NCBI GenBank assembly: GCA_041660505.1
Contig: JBAZWG010000001.1
Location: forward strand, 375,183-439,182
From: Minisyncoccota bacterium
GTDB lineage: Bacteria; Patescibacteriota; Minisyncoccia; Phycocordibacterales; JACRKE01
Direction of reading: 5' to 3'
Length of the DNA stretch: 64,000 nt
The position numbers and the translations under genes were made by a program. The notes beneath the pieces were generated by a model, which was not told the DNA's origin, made no database searches, and saw only the letters and a list, made by a program, of their open reading frames with translations. Shown here piece after piece: positions 1 to 10,547 of this stretch (its first letter is position 1; every line of letters starts with the position of its first letter).

Positions 1-159
1 CATATCTTGAAAACCAAAGCACGACTGAACAGCATTTTAGCCAAGAACACCGGCCAGTCCATCGCCCAGATTGAGAAAGACTCCGACAGAGACAACTTTA
101 TGTCCGCCGAAGAGGCCAAGAAGTACGGCCTGGTGGATGAAGTCCTGAAGCAGAAGTAA
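1..159 (+). CDS. clpP: ATP-dependent Clp protease proteolytic subunit, C-terminal fragment (gene starts upstream of the window)
   Basis: Frame 1 translates ...[38 protein letters not shown] and stops at 157-159. This matches the conserved ClpP C-terminus (…ILA.HTGQ..E.I..D..RD.F.SA.EA..YGLVD.). Confidence 0.85.
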   Translation, partial: HILKTKARLNSILAKNTGQSIAQIEKDSDRDNFMSAEEAKKYGLVDEVLKQK

Positions 160-212
160 ACTTCCTATAATAAAAATCAACACCGAGTGTTGATAAATAA
201 GGGCATTACGGC

Positions 213-246
213 TAGCGGAGGTTGAACCTCCGCTAGTTTCGTTTAG
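213..246. terminator. Intrinsic terminator-like hairpin between convergent clpP and NYN genes
   Basis: gctagcggagg-ttgaa-cctccgctag followed by tttcgttt. Confidence 0.55.
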
Positions 247-263
247 TGACAGGGGCGGCTATT

Positions 264-857
264 TCAGTGAGGCATATCGAGCAGACTTGTCGGAAAGTAG
301 GGTAAAACGTCCTCATCTCTTAACAAGATCGTTTCATCGGAAGCCTTGGTTAAACCGAATGACTGCCCCTTTGACACGCCGACATATACAACCTTCTTAT
401 GTAAAGAACGCACCTCTTCAACCGCGGGAACCAAATCAGTATCCGAACTTAACAGATATGCAACATCATAGCTGTCATTAATCGCAAAGCGAATCATCTC
501 AACTGCAACGCGAACGTCAACACCTTTCTCATGAAAGCTCTTGTCTGGATGTTGTATAAGGTTTCCGAGCACGACCGCAATATTTTGTTGTTGTAATTTA
601 GCAAGTAATTTTTGTTGACTTGCATACAGTTTTTCAGATTTCTCTCTATTTTGTCCGTTTTGCCTCTTCACCGCACCGATATAATATCTCATGTCGACGA
701 GTACCTGATTCTTGATTAGATGTTCTGCAAATTTTTGATATTCAAAATCAAGCAAACTTACCAGCCCAATTTTACCAAAGGTAATATCCTTGAGTTTGTA
801 GTAAAAATTATTACCATCTATGAATATCAAGGCACGATTTTTGAGTGTATCTTTCAT
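264..857 (-). CDS. NYN/LabA-like (DUF88) domain protein, predicted RNase
   Basis: 197 aa ORF. LIFIDGNNFYY…VAYLLSSDTDLVPAVEEVRSLHKKVVYVGV is the typical NYN/LabA pattern. Confidence 0.8.
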   Translation of the reverse strand: MKDTLKNRALIFIDGNNFYYKLKDITFGKIGLVSLLDFEYQKFAEHLIKNQVLVDMRYYIGAVKRQNGQNREKSEKLYASQQKLLAKLQQQNIAVVLGNLIQHPDKSFHEKGVDVRVAVEMIRFAINDSYDVAYLLSSDTDLVPAVEEVRSLHKKVVYVGVSKGQSFGLTKASDETILLRDEDVLPYFPTSLLDMPH

Positions 858-1219
858 ATAACTAAAACTGCCGTCCTGGTTTTCACCAAGAAGGCAGTGG
901 GATTAACGTGACGCAAGTATAGCCTACGTAAACCCAAAAGTCAACTTGTCTGTTGATAACCCAGAACAGACTTATTCTATCATGAAAATTTATTCCTTTC
1001 TAGAAATATGTTCCCGATCACAATTTTACAATCCGCGCGAACTCTGGTATATTGAGTGTGTTCGATATTATAATTTATTTTCGCTTTATCGCTTCTCGCA
1101 GTTGCAAACAGACATGTGTACAAAAACTCTTATTTCTAGGCTTATTTTAGGAATACTGTCGAAACGACCAATACTGGTCGCATAGCTTGCAAAGGCTCGT
1201 GGCGTGAGGCGCACGCACT

Positions 1220-2812
1220 ATGTCAACCAAATTACTGTTACTCTTGCTCGGAGGGGGCGGAGCTGTTGGTATTCTCATCGGTTATCTCATTCGCTGGGCG
1301 GTTTCGCTCACCCAGAAGGCGTCTACGGAGCTCGCGGTTAAGCAAGCTTTGCTCGACGCGCAGAAGGACGCGCAGAAGATCATTGCTGACGCGCAAAAAA
1401 TAACGATTGAGGCAGAAAAGAAAGCAGAAGTAATCACGAACGACGCCAAGAAAATCGAGGCGGAGGCGAAGCGTGCCGAAGCCGATGTAAAACGAGCAGA
1501 GGCAGAAAGTAAGAATGAATTAAAGAAGCTCGAGGAGCGCTTGGTAAAGAAAGATGAGACCTTGGACAAACGCCAGTCTGATATCGATAAAGAAGCCGAA
1601 GCGATTAAAGAAAAAATTGTCGAGGTCAAGAATATCAAAGAGAACGTTAAGAAGCTTGAAGAAGACAAATTAAAAGAACTCGAGAAGGTAGCCAAACTTT
1701 CGCAAGAAGAGGCCAAAACGGTCATAATGCACGACATCGAGGCCAAGTATGAAGGCGACTTCCTCTCTCGAATGCAAAAATTGGAGCGTGACGGCAATGA
1801 ACGCTTGGACCATAAGGCCAAGGACTTGCTCGCGAATATCATCCAGCGTGTGGCATCTTCGACAGCATCAGACGTCATGACGACGACGGTGCAGATACCG
1901 TCTGATGACCTGAAGGGTAAGATAATTGGTAAAGAAGGACGCAATATCCGCGCCTTCGAACGTGCCGCAGGCGTTGACTTAATCATAGACGACACGCCGG
2001 GTACAATAGTTATCTCTAGCTTCGACCCTATTCGCCGAGCGATTGCAAAATATGCGCTTGAGGCTCTTATATTGGACGGCAGAATTCAACCGGCAAAGAT
2101 TGAGGAGCAAATCGAGAAATCGAAAGCGGAAGTTAATAAAATAATCAAAGAAAGCGGCGAGAAGGCAGCGTATGAAGCGGGTGTAATCAATCTCGACCAA
2201 AGGATCTTGCTTATCCTCGGCCGTTTGCACTTCCGCACAAGCTACGGTCAGAATGTTTTGACCCATTCGGTAGAAATGGCGCACATTGCGGCAATGTTGG
2301 CCGAAGAACTCGGAGGCGATGTAGCTATCGCCCGCGCCGGAGCCCTGCTCCACGACATCGGTAAGGCAGTTGATCATGAAGTGGTCGGCACGCACGTGGA
2401 GATTGGCCGCAGAATCTTGCAAAAGTTCGGCGCCGATGAGCGCATCATTAAGGCGATGCAGTCGCATCATGAAGAATACCCTTACGAGACAATAGAATCT
2501 ATCATTGTGCAGACGGCTGACGCTATCTCTGCCGGCCGCCCGGGTGCTCGCCGCGACAGCGTAGAGAACTACCTTAAGCGTTTGCACGACCTAGAAGACC
2601 TTGCAACGTCATTCAAGGGCGTAGAAAAGGCCTATGCCATCCAAGCTGGCCGCGAGGTACGCATCTTCGTCACCCCGGACCAAGTGAGCGATATTGAGGC
2701 TAAGACTATGGCCCGCGAGATCGCGACAAGAGTGGAACAAGAGCTCAAATACCCAGGAGAAATCAAGGTCAACGTTATCCGAGAGCTCCGCGCCGTCGAA
2801 TACGCAAGATAA
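1220..2812 (+). CDS. rny: Ribonuclease Y
   Basis: N-terminal TM segment, long coiled-coil, KH domain (GKIIGKEGRNIRAFERAAGVDLIIDDTPGTIV), HD domain (HSVEMAHIAAMLAEELG…LLHDIGKA). 530 aa. Confidence 0.95.
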   Translation: MSTKLLLLLLGGGGAVGILIGYLIRWAVSLTQKASTELAVKQALLDAQKDAQKIIADAQKITIEAEKKAEVITNDAKKIEAEAKRAEADVKRAEAESKNELKKLEERLVKKDETLDKRQSDIDKEAEAIKEKIVEVKNIKENVKKLEEDKLKELEKVAKLSQEEAKTVIMHDIEAKYEGDFLSRMQKLERDGNERLDHKAKDLLANIIQRVASSTASDVMTTTVQIPSDDLKGKIIGKEGRNIRAFERAAGVDLIIDDTPGTIVISSFDPIRRAIAKYALEALILDGRIQPAKIEEQIEKSKAEVNKIIKESGEKAAYEAGVINLDQRILLILGRLHFRTSYGQNVLTHSVEMAHIAAMLAEELGGDVAIARAGALLHDIGKAVDHEVVGTHVEIGRRILQKFGADERIIKAMQSHHEEYPYETIESIIVQTADAISAGRPGARRDSVENYLKRLHDLEDLATSFKGVEKAYAIQAGREVRIFVTPDQVSDIEAKTMAREIATRVEQELKYPGEIKVNVIRELRAVEYAR

Positions 2813-2989
2813 TTCAGAACAGAATTGAAGAATTTAGGAATCTGGGAATTTTAGGTCTTTAATTCCTTAATTCTCTAATTCCTAAATTCTGTCCAAGCTG
2901 TTCACAGCTTCCTTGCGCTAAAATATGGCTTAATATATACTGGCCTTAGCAATCTAAAGGTCGAAGACTCTATAAGTTAATTTATTTCT

Positions 2990-3262
2990 ATGAACAAAGT
3001 AGATTTAGTCGGTGTTGTTCACGAGAAATTGGGCGGGACGAAAGTCGCAGCAGAAGAAGCGGTCAATGCCCTCTTCGATGCGGTCGTTCACTCACTCAAG
3101 AAAGGTGATGAAGTTTCTATCGCCGGACTTGGTATCTTCTCGGTCAAACAGCGTGCAGCTCGTTCTGCCCGCAACCCTCGCACAGGCGCGATAGTTCAGG
3201 TGCCTGCGATGAAGATTCCTAAATTCCGCGCCGCAAAGGCTCTTAAAGAAGCCGTGCGATAG
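2990..3262 (+). CDS. hup: DNA-binding protein HU
   Basis: 90 aa. MNKVDLV…GFGSF…R.ARNPRTG is the canonical HU/IHF fold signature. Confidence 0.95.
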   Translation: MNKVDLVGVVHEKLGGTKVAAEEAVNALFDAVVHSLKKGDEVSIAGLGIFSVKQRAARSARNPRTGAIVQVPAMKIPKFRAAKALKEAVR

Positions 3263-3302
3263 CCGGAATCTGTTTTCGAAAATTGTTTTCCACTTACAAA
3301 AG

Positions 3303-3330
3303 TCCGCCGATGAGGCGGGTTTTTGTTTTT
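3303..3330 (+). terminator. Rho-independent terminator after hup
   Basis: ccgcc-gatga-ggcgg followed by gtttttgttttt. Confidence 0.65.
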
Positions 3331-3346
3331 ATGCTAAAATAAGTTT

Positions 3347-5017
3347 ATGTTTAGAACCGTATTTATTTCTTTACTCGTTGGTATTACCGGCGTTGCGGCC
3401 GCGTTCACGATACAACCCGCTTCTTCCGCACCACAACAGCTTGAGGCCCAAAAATCTGAATCTGTTACTGCTTCACCACATACGACACAGAATGCATTGT
3501 CGCAATTTCAGAGTGTGGCATGGAATACGCCTAACCGGCAAAATCAAAACGAACAGAATGTTTTTGATGCATTCTCGCCATTTATTCAAACCTTCTCAAA
3601 ATCTATTTCTTTATCTGATAAGTCGACCTCCACACTACAGCCAACTTCATTACCCAAAAATGTTCTAGCGATTGAACCGCTGGGCTCGCTCGCGCGTTAT
3701 ATGAACTCGCTCGCACCCGCGGGAAACGCGCCTTTTGCAAGCGCCTTGTCCGAAACACAGGTACGAAATACGTTGAACAGTGGCGGTATTTCTATCAATG
3801 CACAACCGCCACAAACAATCGTGGCGGGGCTTGGACAGCAGGCAGTTGACGGACTGTTGTATTTTCACAATCAAGCCGGATCCTTTACCGTTACCGGCGG
3901 GACCGAGGGCGGCCACCAGACTCACGGTACACAAAATACCTATACCGAAAACAACGTCGATATTGGAAAAGGGACGGGCCTCGATACGTTTATTGAAAAC
4001 AACAAGATAAGCACACGGCCTGGAACAAACGGCACAATATACAAACTAAAAGACGCAAATGGCCAAAATATCGAGTGTATGGACGAGGGCAATCACTGGC
4101 ACTGTATGTTCAACCCCGACGCTCGCGGGATAAATCAATCGACAGACCAGCCCGACGGCGACTCCGGAGACGGCGATGGAAGTGGTGAAAGCGGTTCTGG
4201 TGGCGGAACCAGTAGCGCCTATTGTGGTGATGATTACTGGTCAGATGAAGACATTTGTTGTTACAAGCATACTGGTCCTGCCGGCCCGCCCGGGCAATAT
4301 GATGGCGTGACGACGTGCAATGCTGGTTTTAAAATGGCTGGCGACCCACCTATCCCTACTCCGGTACCAAATTGCGGTCGTGACGGCAAACTCTGCGATC
4401 TGGAACTCACCTTGGCACAACCCGGAGGCAAACTTTTGTCCTGTTTATTCGCTGCCTGCCCGCCCAAGCGTAATGCTATCTGGGACCCGCAAACTAAACG
4501 CTGTGGCTGTGACGACGGAGGCAGTGGAATCGGGGTGGCCAGTGGCGGAGGTAGTGGAGATAACGGCACCGAGGCACCATCAACTTCTGCGACTGGAGAT
4601 CAACAAGGGAACACGGACAAATTGGCCGCACGGGGCGTAACATTGCAAAACGGCGTCCAAGTTGGCGGTCTAACCGACAACACCATGAATGGTATCGATA
4701 AATTTGCCGCAGACTATAAGGCGAATACCGGTAACACTCTGGAGATGAGCGCTGGCACCAACGGCACGCACGACGCGAATACACCAAGTGGCTTCACTCA
4801 TGCAAACGGCGGTAAGACCGACTTCAGTACCGGCGGGGATAACACCAACAGCGATCTTGCGCGTTATATTAAGAACCCCGATAACGGTTTCACCTTTGAC
4901 CACAACGCTTCTGACGGTCCGGTCTATCATGACGGAAACGGCAACATCTTTTATCTAGAAAATTCTGGCACTGCACCACACTTGGATGTCGCCTGGGCTG
5001 GGAACAATACAAGGTAG
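3347..5017 (+). CDS. Secreted hypothetical protein (signal peptide, Gly/Asn/Thr-rich, Cys-rich central segment)
   Basis: 556 aa ORF. N-terminal hydrophobic signal MFRTVFISLLVGITGVAAA. Low-complexity composition, no recognisable domain. Confidence 0.55.
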   Translation: MFRTVFISLLVGITGVAAAFTIQPASSAPQQLEAQKSESVTASPHTTQNALSQFQSVAWNTPNRQNQNEQNVFDAFSPFIQTFSKSISLSDKSTSTLQPTSLPKNVLAIEPLGSLARYMNSLAPAGNAPFASALSETQVRNTLNSGGISINAQPPQTIVAGLGQQAVDGLLYFHNQAGSFTVTGGTEGGHQTHGTQNTYTENNVDIGKGTGLDTFIENNKISTRPGTNGTIYKLKDANGQNIECMDEGNHWHCMFNPDARGINQSTDQPDGDSGDGDGSGESGSGGGTSSAYCGDDYWSDEDICCYKHTGPAGPPGQYDGVTTCNAGFKMAGDPPIPTPVPNCGRDGKLCDLELTLAQPGGKLLSCLFAACPPKRNAIWDPQTKRCGCDDGGSGIGVASGGGSGDNGTEAPSTSATGDQQGNTDKLAARGVTLQNGVQVGGLTDNTMNGIDKFAADYKANTGNTLEMSAGTNGTHDANTPSGFTHANGGKTDFSTGGDNTNSDLARYIKNPDNGFTFDHNASDGPVYHDGNGNIFYLENSGTAPHLDVAWAGNNTR

Positions 5018-5020
5018 CAC

Positions 5021-6196
5021 TTAATTATACACTCGCTTGATGAGCGGGTTGATGCGCGTTATTATTTCGTAATTTATCGTGCCGGCTTTTTCGGCTAGTT
5101 CGTCAGCGGTAATCGTCTGGCCAATTAATTCTACTTCGTCTCCTATTTTAATATTAGGAATATTGGTAACGTCTATCGATATTATATCCATCGAGACTCG
5201 GCCAATTACTTTCGCTCGTTTGCCGTTAATCGCCACAAATGCTTTTGATGACAGCGCTCGCGGATAGCCGTGCCAATAACCTATCGGGCAAACGGCAAGT
5301 TTGGTACCGGGCGGGACTGTCTCTGTATGGTCATAGCCTACACTGCCACCGTCTTTAAGCGTTTTAATTTCTGAAATAATCGTGTGCCACGAAAGCGCCG
5401 GCTTGAGTGTGATATTCGTGCCGATTGCATCCCGCACCGTCGGATCAGACCAGAGGCCGTACATGCTTATCCCGCTGCGGATCATATCGAGATGTGCATC
5501 GGAAAAAGTTAGAGTCGGCCCGGATGCCGACGCGTGTGTTATGGGCGTAAATCCGGCATTTTTAAATTGCGAAATAATTTCTGCAAAGATTTTCAGTGCC
5601 AAATCTACTTGTTCTGTCGTGCCATTGTGCCTGCCGAACGGGAAGTGCGTATAAACTCCCTCGACAATAACATTGGGTACTTCGTTTTTTAAATAGGCAA
5701 TAACTTGCGGAATTTCTTCCGGCAAGAATCCCTGCCGGTGCATCCCCGTATCTATTTTAAGGTGAGTTTTTAGTTTGTAGTTTTTAGTTTTTAGAATTTC
5801 TAAATGCTCAAGATGCGAAACGGTGATACTGACATCATTCTCGATTGCTTCAGTAATACGTGACGGCAATGTGTAGCCGAGAATTAAGATCGGTAGCGTA
5901 ATACCTTCTTCGCGCAAGCGCACCGCCTCGGTGATAGAGTCTACGCCTATCCAATCCGCGCCAAGGTCTTGCATTAATTTAGAATATTCCCAAAGCCCGT
6001 GTCCGTAGGCGTTAGATTTAGCGACAGCCATAAGCTTAATTTTGCCAACAAGGTCTCTCCTCGAGGAGGAGCTCTGCGACGGGAGAGGTGAGTCCTTGTT
6101 GTCGATAAGCTTACGAAACGTATCGTAGTTATGCCGAATGGCAGACGTATCCACCTCGACCCAGGTGCGCACGTCGGTTGGTTTGTTTGAGTTCAT
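5021..6196 (-). CDS. alr: Alanine racemase (carries an in-frame palindromic-element insertion)
   Basis: AVAKSNAYGHG PLP-binding motif and overall alr architecture. Insertion encodes KDSPLPSQSSSSRRDL. Confidence 0.9.
   Translation of the reverse strand: MNSNKPTDVRTWVEVDTSAIRHNYDTFRKLIDNKDSPLPSQSSSSRRDLVGKIKLMAVAKSNAYGHGLWEYSKLMQDLGADWIGVDSITEAVRLREEGITLPILILGYTLPSRITEAIENDVSITVSHLEHLEILKTKNYKLKTHLKIDTGMHRQGFLPEEIPQVIAYLKNEVPNVIVEGVYTHFPFGRHNGTTEQVDLALKIFAEIISQFKNAGFTPITHASASGPTLTFSDAHLDMIRSGISMYGLWSDPTVRDAIGTNITLKPALSWHTIISEIKTLKDGGSVGYDHTETVPPGTKLAVCPIGYWHGYPRALSSKAFVAINGKRAKVIGRVSMDIISIDVTNIPNIKIGDEVELIGQTITADELAEKAGTINYEIITRINPLIKRVYN
6050..6097. repeat. Family-1 palindromic element (GAGGAGAGACCTC / GAGGTSWSTCCTC arms), in-frame inside alr
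   Basis: aaggtctctcctc…gagaggtgagtcctt, an imperfect inverted repeat shared with 7 other copies. Confidence 0.8.
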
Positions 6197-6264
6197 ACCA
6201 ATAGTATAAGCATTTTTGCCATGAAACGCGAAATTTGATACTATGCAGTCTTGATTGATATTGC

Positions 6265-6335
6265 GCGGGCATAGTTTAGCGGTAAAATGTCAGTTTTCCA
6301 AACTGAGGTTCCGGGTTCGACTCCCGGTGCCCGCA
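6265..6335 (+). tRNA. tRNA-Trp (anticodon CCA)
   Basis: Cloverleaf by hand: acceptor GCGGGCA/TGCCCGC, anticodon loop TTCCAAA, T-loop GGTTCGACTCC. Confidence 0.85.
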
Positions 6336-7658
6336 TCAGGACTTCACCACTTCAATATCGGCGCCGATGGCGTTTAGTCTTGTCGCTATTTCTTCATAGC
6401 CTCTGTTTATGGAATAGACGTTTCTTAATATAGAAGTACCTTCGGCGGCCAGCATGGCGATGAGAATAATGACGGCGGGGCGCAGAGCCGGCGGGCAGAC
6501 CACTTGGCCGGCTTTTAATTTTGTTGGGCCGGTCACGAAGACGCGATGCGGGTCGGCAAGAGTGACCGACGCGCCAAGCTTGTTCAGCTCGGTAAAATAG
6601 ATAGCGCGGTTCTCCCACATCCAGTCATGAATTAATGTCTGGCCAGTGGCTTGCGTCGCGATAGGTACGAAGAACGGCAGGTTGTCGGAGTTGATGCCCG
6701 GATACGGCAAGGCGTGGAGCTTGTCGGCCGGTGCCTTTAATTTCGAAGGTAATATCGTGATATCGACGAGTTCGGTACGGCCGTTATAGGACTTATACTT
6801 TTTCGAAACTTTATATTTCAGTCCCATCTTCTCGAGTTTCAAGAGTTCTAGGGTAAGGAAATCTATTGGCGCTCGCGTGACAGTGAGCTTGGAGCCCGTC
6901 GTAATAGCCGCCGAGATGAACATCATTGCTTCTATCGGGTCCTCGCTGTTGTGATACTCGAGCGGTGCGTCGAATCCAGTAATGCCGTGCACGCGAAGCG
7001 TGGTGGCACCGATACCTTCAATCTTCACACCCATCTTCTCCAAGAAGAAGCAGATCTCCTGCACCTGATAATTCGGCGGGGCAAAGCGGATAGTCGTCAC
7101 ACCTTTGGCAAATGCGGCGGCCAAAAGCACATTTATGGCGCCGGTGTCGGACGCCTCGTACATCACCACCTCGCCGGCCTTAAGCCTCTTGGTCGTAACG
7201 GCGTAATGGTCGGCCTTGGTAACAATCTTCACGCCCAGGTTCTCAAGGCCATAACGATGCGCCGCGATTGTTCTGTTCCCCATTTTGCAACCGCCGGCGT
7301 GCGGGAGTTTGAAGAACTTCTCGCTATGCGCCAGCGCACCGATAAGCATGAGGCCCGAGCGCACACGCGCGGCAGCGGCGGCATCCAGCCCGTCCATCTT
7401 TAACACCGCCAGCGGGACAATCTCGAGCACGTTCTGCGCCTTCCACGTCGCTTTGACGTCAATGCTCTCAAGTATCTCGATTAATCGCTGGACCTCTTCT
7501 ATGCGCGAAATACCGCTAAGCGTCGTCTTATTTTTATTTAAAAGTGCGGCGCAAATCAATGCGACCGAGCCGTTTTTGGAAAAGTTGGTGGCAATCGAGC
7601 CCGAGAGTTTCTTGCCTCCTTTTATCTTAAAATCCAATGATTCGGGAAAAGCCGTCAT
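6336..7658 (-). CDS. murA: UDP-N-acetylglucosamine 1-carboxyvinyltransferase
   Basis: 440 aa EPSP-synthase-fold protein with MurA-type C-terminus (…RPAVIILIAMLAAEGTS…RGYEEIATRLNAIGADIE). Confidence 0.9.
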   Translation of the reverse strand: MTAFPESLDFKIKGGKKLSGSIATNFSKNGSVALICAALLNKNKTTLSGISRIEEVQRLIEILESIDVKATWKAQNVLEIVPLAVLKMDGLDAAAAARVRSGLMLIGALAHSEKFFKLPHAGGCKMGNRTIAAHRYGLENLGVKIVTKADHYAVTTKRLKAGEVVMYEASDTGAINVLLAAAFAKGVTTIRFAPPNYQVQEICFFLEKMGVKIEGIGATTLRVHGITGFDAPLEYHNSEDPIEAMMFISAAITTGSKLTVTRAPIDFLTLELLKLEKMGLKYKVSKKYKSYNGRTELVDITILPSKLKAPADKLHALPYPGINSDNLPFFVPIATQATGQTLIHDWMWENRAIYFTELNKLGASVTLADPHRVFVTGPTKLKAGQVVCPPALRPAVIILIAMLAAEGTSILRNVYSINRGYEEIATRLNAIGADIEVVKS

Positions 7659-7685
7659 AGGTTATGTATGATATACTAGTGAGAT

Positions 7686-8738
7686 ATGTTTCGCAACCGC
7701 GCTTTAATCATATTATTCATACTGTTTTCGACTTTCATCTTTATCTCTTCGCCGAGTAATTCCAACGCCTCAAATAATGTTCTGATACAGAAACAGATAA
7801 AGATCTTGCTTTTAAAAATCCAAATACTTAGATCAGAACTGGCGAAACTTAAGCTCGCTGAGGCAAAGGTGGCTCCGCTTGCGCAACTGGATATCGAGAC
7901 GCTTAATACTTCGGTGCGCAAGGCTGTAGTGAATATTCTCTGTGAGAATCAGAGCAATAGTCCTTTCAAATCGATAAGCGGGAGCGGTGTTATCATCGAT
8001 TCGCGCGGGGTTATCTTGACCAACGCCCATATCGGGCAATATTTTTTGGTAAAAGATTATCCCACACAAAATTCGATGTCCTGCGTTATCCGCACCGGCA
8101 GTCCGGCCTTGCCCGCCTATTACGCCCAGCTTATGTATTTGCCACCGATGTGGATACAGAATAATCCGACGACGATGAAAACTTCCGGTGCCACCGGTAC
8201 GGGCGAGAATGATTACGCTTTGCTCGCGATAACCGACTCCGCCAATACCACTCCGCTCCCCGCCTCATTCTCTTCTATCTCTATCGACGACACGTTCACT
8301 TCCCTCGCCGATAATTATCCAGCTTTGCTCGTGAGTTACCCGGGCGAACTTGTGGGCTCGTTTATAATAAAGAATTCTTTATCAATGAGTTCGGCCGTGT
8401 CCAATATTAAACAGGGTTATTACTTCGACGGCGATACTGACCATAACCTCGACCTCTTGGATGTTTCCGGCACGGTCATCTCTCAAGCGGGGTCATCGGG
8501 CGGCGCGGCAGTCTCTTTGCTCACAGGCAAACTCATCGGCCTAATCACGACAGCAACAGAAGCAAAAACCACGGACATCCGCGAGCTACGTGCTATTACT
8601 CTCGCTCACATAAACCGCAGTATTACTAAATACACCAGCCAGTCGCTCGATGCTTTCTTAACGCAAAGTCCAATAAGCGCCGCCGTAAACTTCGAGACGA
8701 GTACGGCCTCAACCGAGCGCGCAATACTTATTCAATAG
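7686..8738 (+). CDS. Secreted trypsin-like serine peptidase (S1 family)
   Basis: Signal peptide, GSGVIIDSRGVILTNAHI (His region), GSSGGAAV (catalytic Ser, GxSGG). Confidence 0.7.
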   Translation: MFRNRALIILFILFSTFIFISSPSNSNASNNVLIQKQIKILLLKIQILRSELAKLKLAEAKVAPLAQLDIETLNTSVRKAVVNILCENQSNSPFKSISGSGVIIDSRGVILTNAHIGQYFLVKDYPTQNSMSCVIRTGSPALPAYYAQLMYLPPMWIQNNPTTMKTSGATGTGENDYALLAITDSANTTPLPASFSSISIDDTFTSLADNYPALLVSYPGELVGSFIIKNSLSMSSAVSNIKQGYYFDGDTDHNLDLLDVSGTVISQAGSSGGAAVSLLTGKLIGLITTATEAKTTDIRELRAITLAHINRSITKYTSQSLDAFLTQSPISAAVNFETSTASTERAILIQ

Positions 8739-9807
8739 AAGGCTTCTCGAGCAAAGTTTGTTCTACGCCCACGGCTTCGCCCGTGATACGCAAGACATCT
8801 TTGTCTATTTTGCCGAATTCTTTTGTGGCAGAGTTATAGTGATTCACAGTGGTCGAGAGCGATGCGCCGAGCTTGTTATGGAACTCTCCGAAGGCCTGCA
8901 GATGCTTGCCGAGGTTCTGGACATTCTTGCCAATCTCTTTCGTCGCCTCTTCTATCTTGAATGCTCTGTAGCCAAGCAATACTGTCTGTAGATACGCGAG
9001 TAGTGTCGTCGGTGAGACTATTATCACTTTCTTCTCATTCGTCGCGTAATCTATCAGGCTCCGCGTATTCACTTTCAGCGCACCGACTTCATTCACTATC
9101 AGGTCATAATAAATCCCTTCGGCCGGGATGAACATAAAGGCGAACGGGAGCGTGCCTTCATCTGTGCGAATATATTTCGCCGTCTCATCTATCCTTTTCT
9201 TCAAATCATCTTTAAATACTTTGGCGAACTCTTCTTGTCTTATCGGGTCGCGCTCTTCGACGAGTCTCTGATAATTATCCAATGAGAATTTAGCATCTAT
9301 GGGTATCACTCCGTCTTTAGTAATTATCACGGCATCCACCGCTTCACCGTTCGGGAATGAATATTGGAGCTTGAAGACGCCCGGCGGCAACACGTTTTCC
9401 AGAATAAGCTCGAGGGAACGTTCACCCAGACTCCCGCGCTGTTTCTGGTGCGTCAGCACGCGCTCAAGCTTTTGTAATGCTTCTGTAATAGTCAAAACTT
9501 TTTTGCTCTGCTCTGTTGATTCCGTTACACCCTTCTGTACATCGAGTAGCTGTCGCGTAACTTGGCTGGTAATATTCTGCATCAGCTTTTGCGATTCTGA
9601 CATTTGGAACTGCAGGGAGTCGTTCATCCATTTCGACGACTCGCCCAGCTTCGCGTCCATAACTTTTGCAAGCTCCGCCACCTGTTGTTGGAGCATCAGC
9701 ATGCTGTTCATATCCTGCTGTGGCTCGGTCCGTTTCTTCATAACGAAATACGCCCCGGCAAACCCGAGGAGGAGAAAGACTATCCCGATCAATATGTACA
9801 ATGCCAT
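8728..9807 (-). CDS. rmuC: DNA recombination protein RmuC family
   Basis: N-terminal TM helix, long coiled coil, conserved RmuC C-terminal region. 359 aa. Confidence 0.7.
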   Translation of the reverse strand: MALYILIGIVFLLLGFAGAYFVMKKRTEPQQDMNSMLMLQQQVAELAKVMDAKLGESSKWMNDSLQFQMSESQKLMQNITSQVTRQLLDVQKGVTESTEQSKKVLTITEALQKLERVLTHQKQRGSLGERSLELILENVLPPGVFKLQYSFPNGEAVDAVIITKDGVIPIDAKFSLDNYQRLVEERDPIRQEEFAKVFKDDLKKRIDETAKYIRTDEGTLPFAFMFIPAEGIYYDLIVNEVGALKVNTRSLIDYATNEKKVIIVSPTTLLAYLQTVLLGYRAFKIEEATKEIGKNVQNLGKHLQAFGEFHNKLGASLSTTVNHYNSATKEFGKIDKDVLRITGEAVGVEQTLLEKPSIE

Positions 9808-9846
9808 ATATAGACTATTCTAGCACAAGTCGCTATACTATCCAGC

Positions 9847-10545
9847 ATGAAGAAACAAAATTTAGAGACGCACCAAATACTTATCATAAAGTTATTTTTT
9901 ATACTTTCGGTCATTGTCATTTTTGCCTTTACCGGCTGGGCGTATTGGCTCATGGTAAATGCGAACCGTGTTTCGCCCGTACCCGTTGTAACAGAAACCG
10001 TCACGCCAACACAACCGGATACAAAAGTAGAAATTCCCTCCTCGAGCGAGGTTACACTTTGCGGAATTGCCATTACTTTGCCGGAATTTTCAATCGGCTC
10101 GCTAGGAAAAGACTTGGATGGTTGCTTGTATCGTGATGACAAGTTAAGCATACAAGTAATAGACAAGGGCACTTCGACGCAAGACGCCTTCACTGCCTTC
10201 GACAGATATCTGAACACGCAACTTGCCAAAGAAATAATCTCTATCGCTCGAACAGATTCCGAATCTGATAATTTCATTCTCCGCACTTTCTATAATCAGT
10301 TAGAAAAGAATTCCGTAGCCTACACCGCCGAGCTTGGCCAAGATAAGCTTGGTGCTGGCGTTTACCAGACTGCAACTTATTTGGACGGACGTTATATTGT
10401 CTATCTCACATATCACCTCTTCGACCAATACGACAACGGTCAGCCATTCAGAACTTATACTAAAGAATACGTTTCCCGACCGGAAGTTCAATCGGTAATA
10501 AAAGAACTGAACGCGAGTACCAGAACGATACGCGTAGCGCAATAA
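9847..10545 (+). CDS. Hypothetical membrane-anchored protein
   Basis: 232 aa ORF with N-terminal TM helix (LIIKLFFILSVIVIFAFTGWAYWLMV). Confidence 0.5.
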   Translation: MKKQNLETHQILIIKLFFILSVIVIFAFTGWAYWLMVNANRVSPVPVVTETVTPTQPDTKVEIPSSSEVTLCGIAITLPEFSIGSLGKDLDGCLYRDDKLSIQVIDKGTSTQDAFTAFDRYLNTQLAKEIISIARTDSESDNFILRTFYNQLEKNSVAYTAELGQDKLGAGVYQTATYLDGRYIVYLTYHLFDQYDNGQPFRTYTKEYVSRPEVQSVIKELNASTRTIRVAQ

Positions 10546-10547
10546 AC

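Noticed and set aside
1282-2587. Antisense ORFs 1282-1995(-) and 1979-2587(-) inside rny, and similar antisense/overlapping ORFs in the track (e.g. 6394-6618, 6951-7403, 9299-9823, 14094-14681, 19409-19735, 23908-24207, 56988-57725)
   Set aside because: They lie fully inside well-supported conserved genes on the opposite strand, have biased low-complexity translations and no RBS. They are artefacts of coding-strand composition
9789-10286. 165-aa minus-strand ORF
   Set aside because: It overlaps the + strand membrane-protein ORF, which has a proper N-terminal TM helix and follows a divergent promoter region
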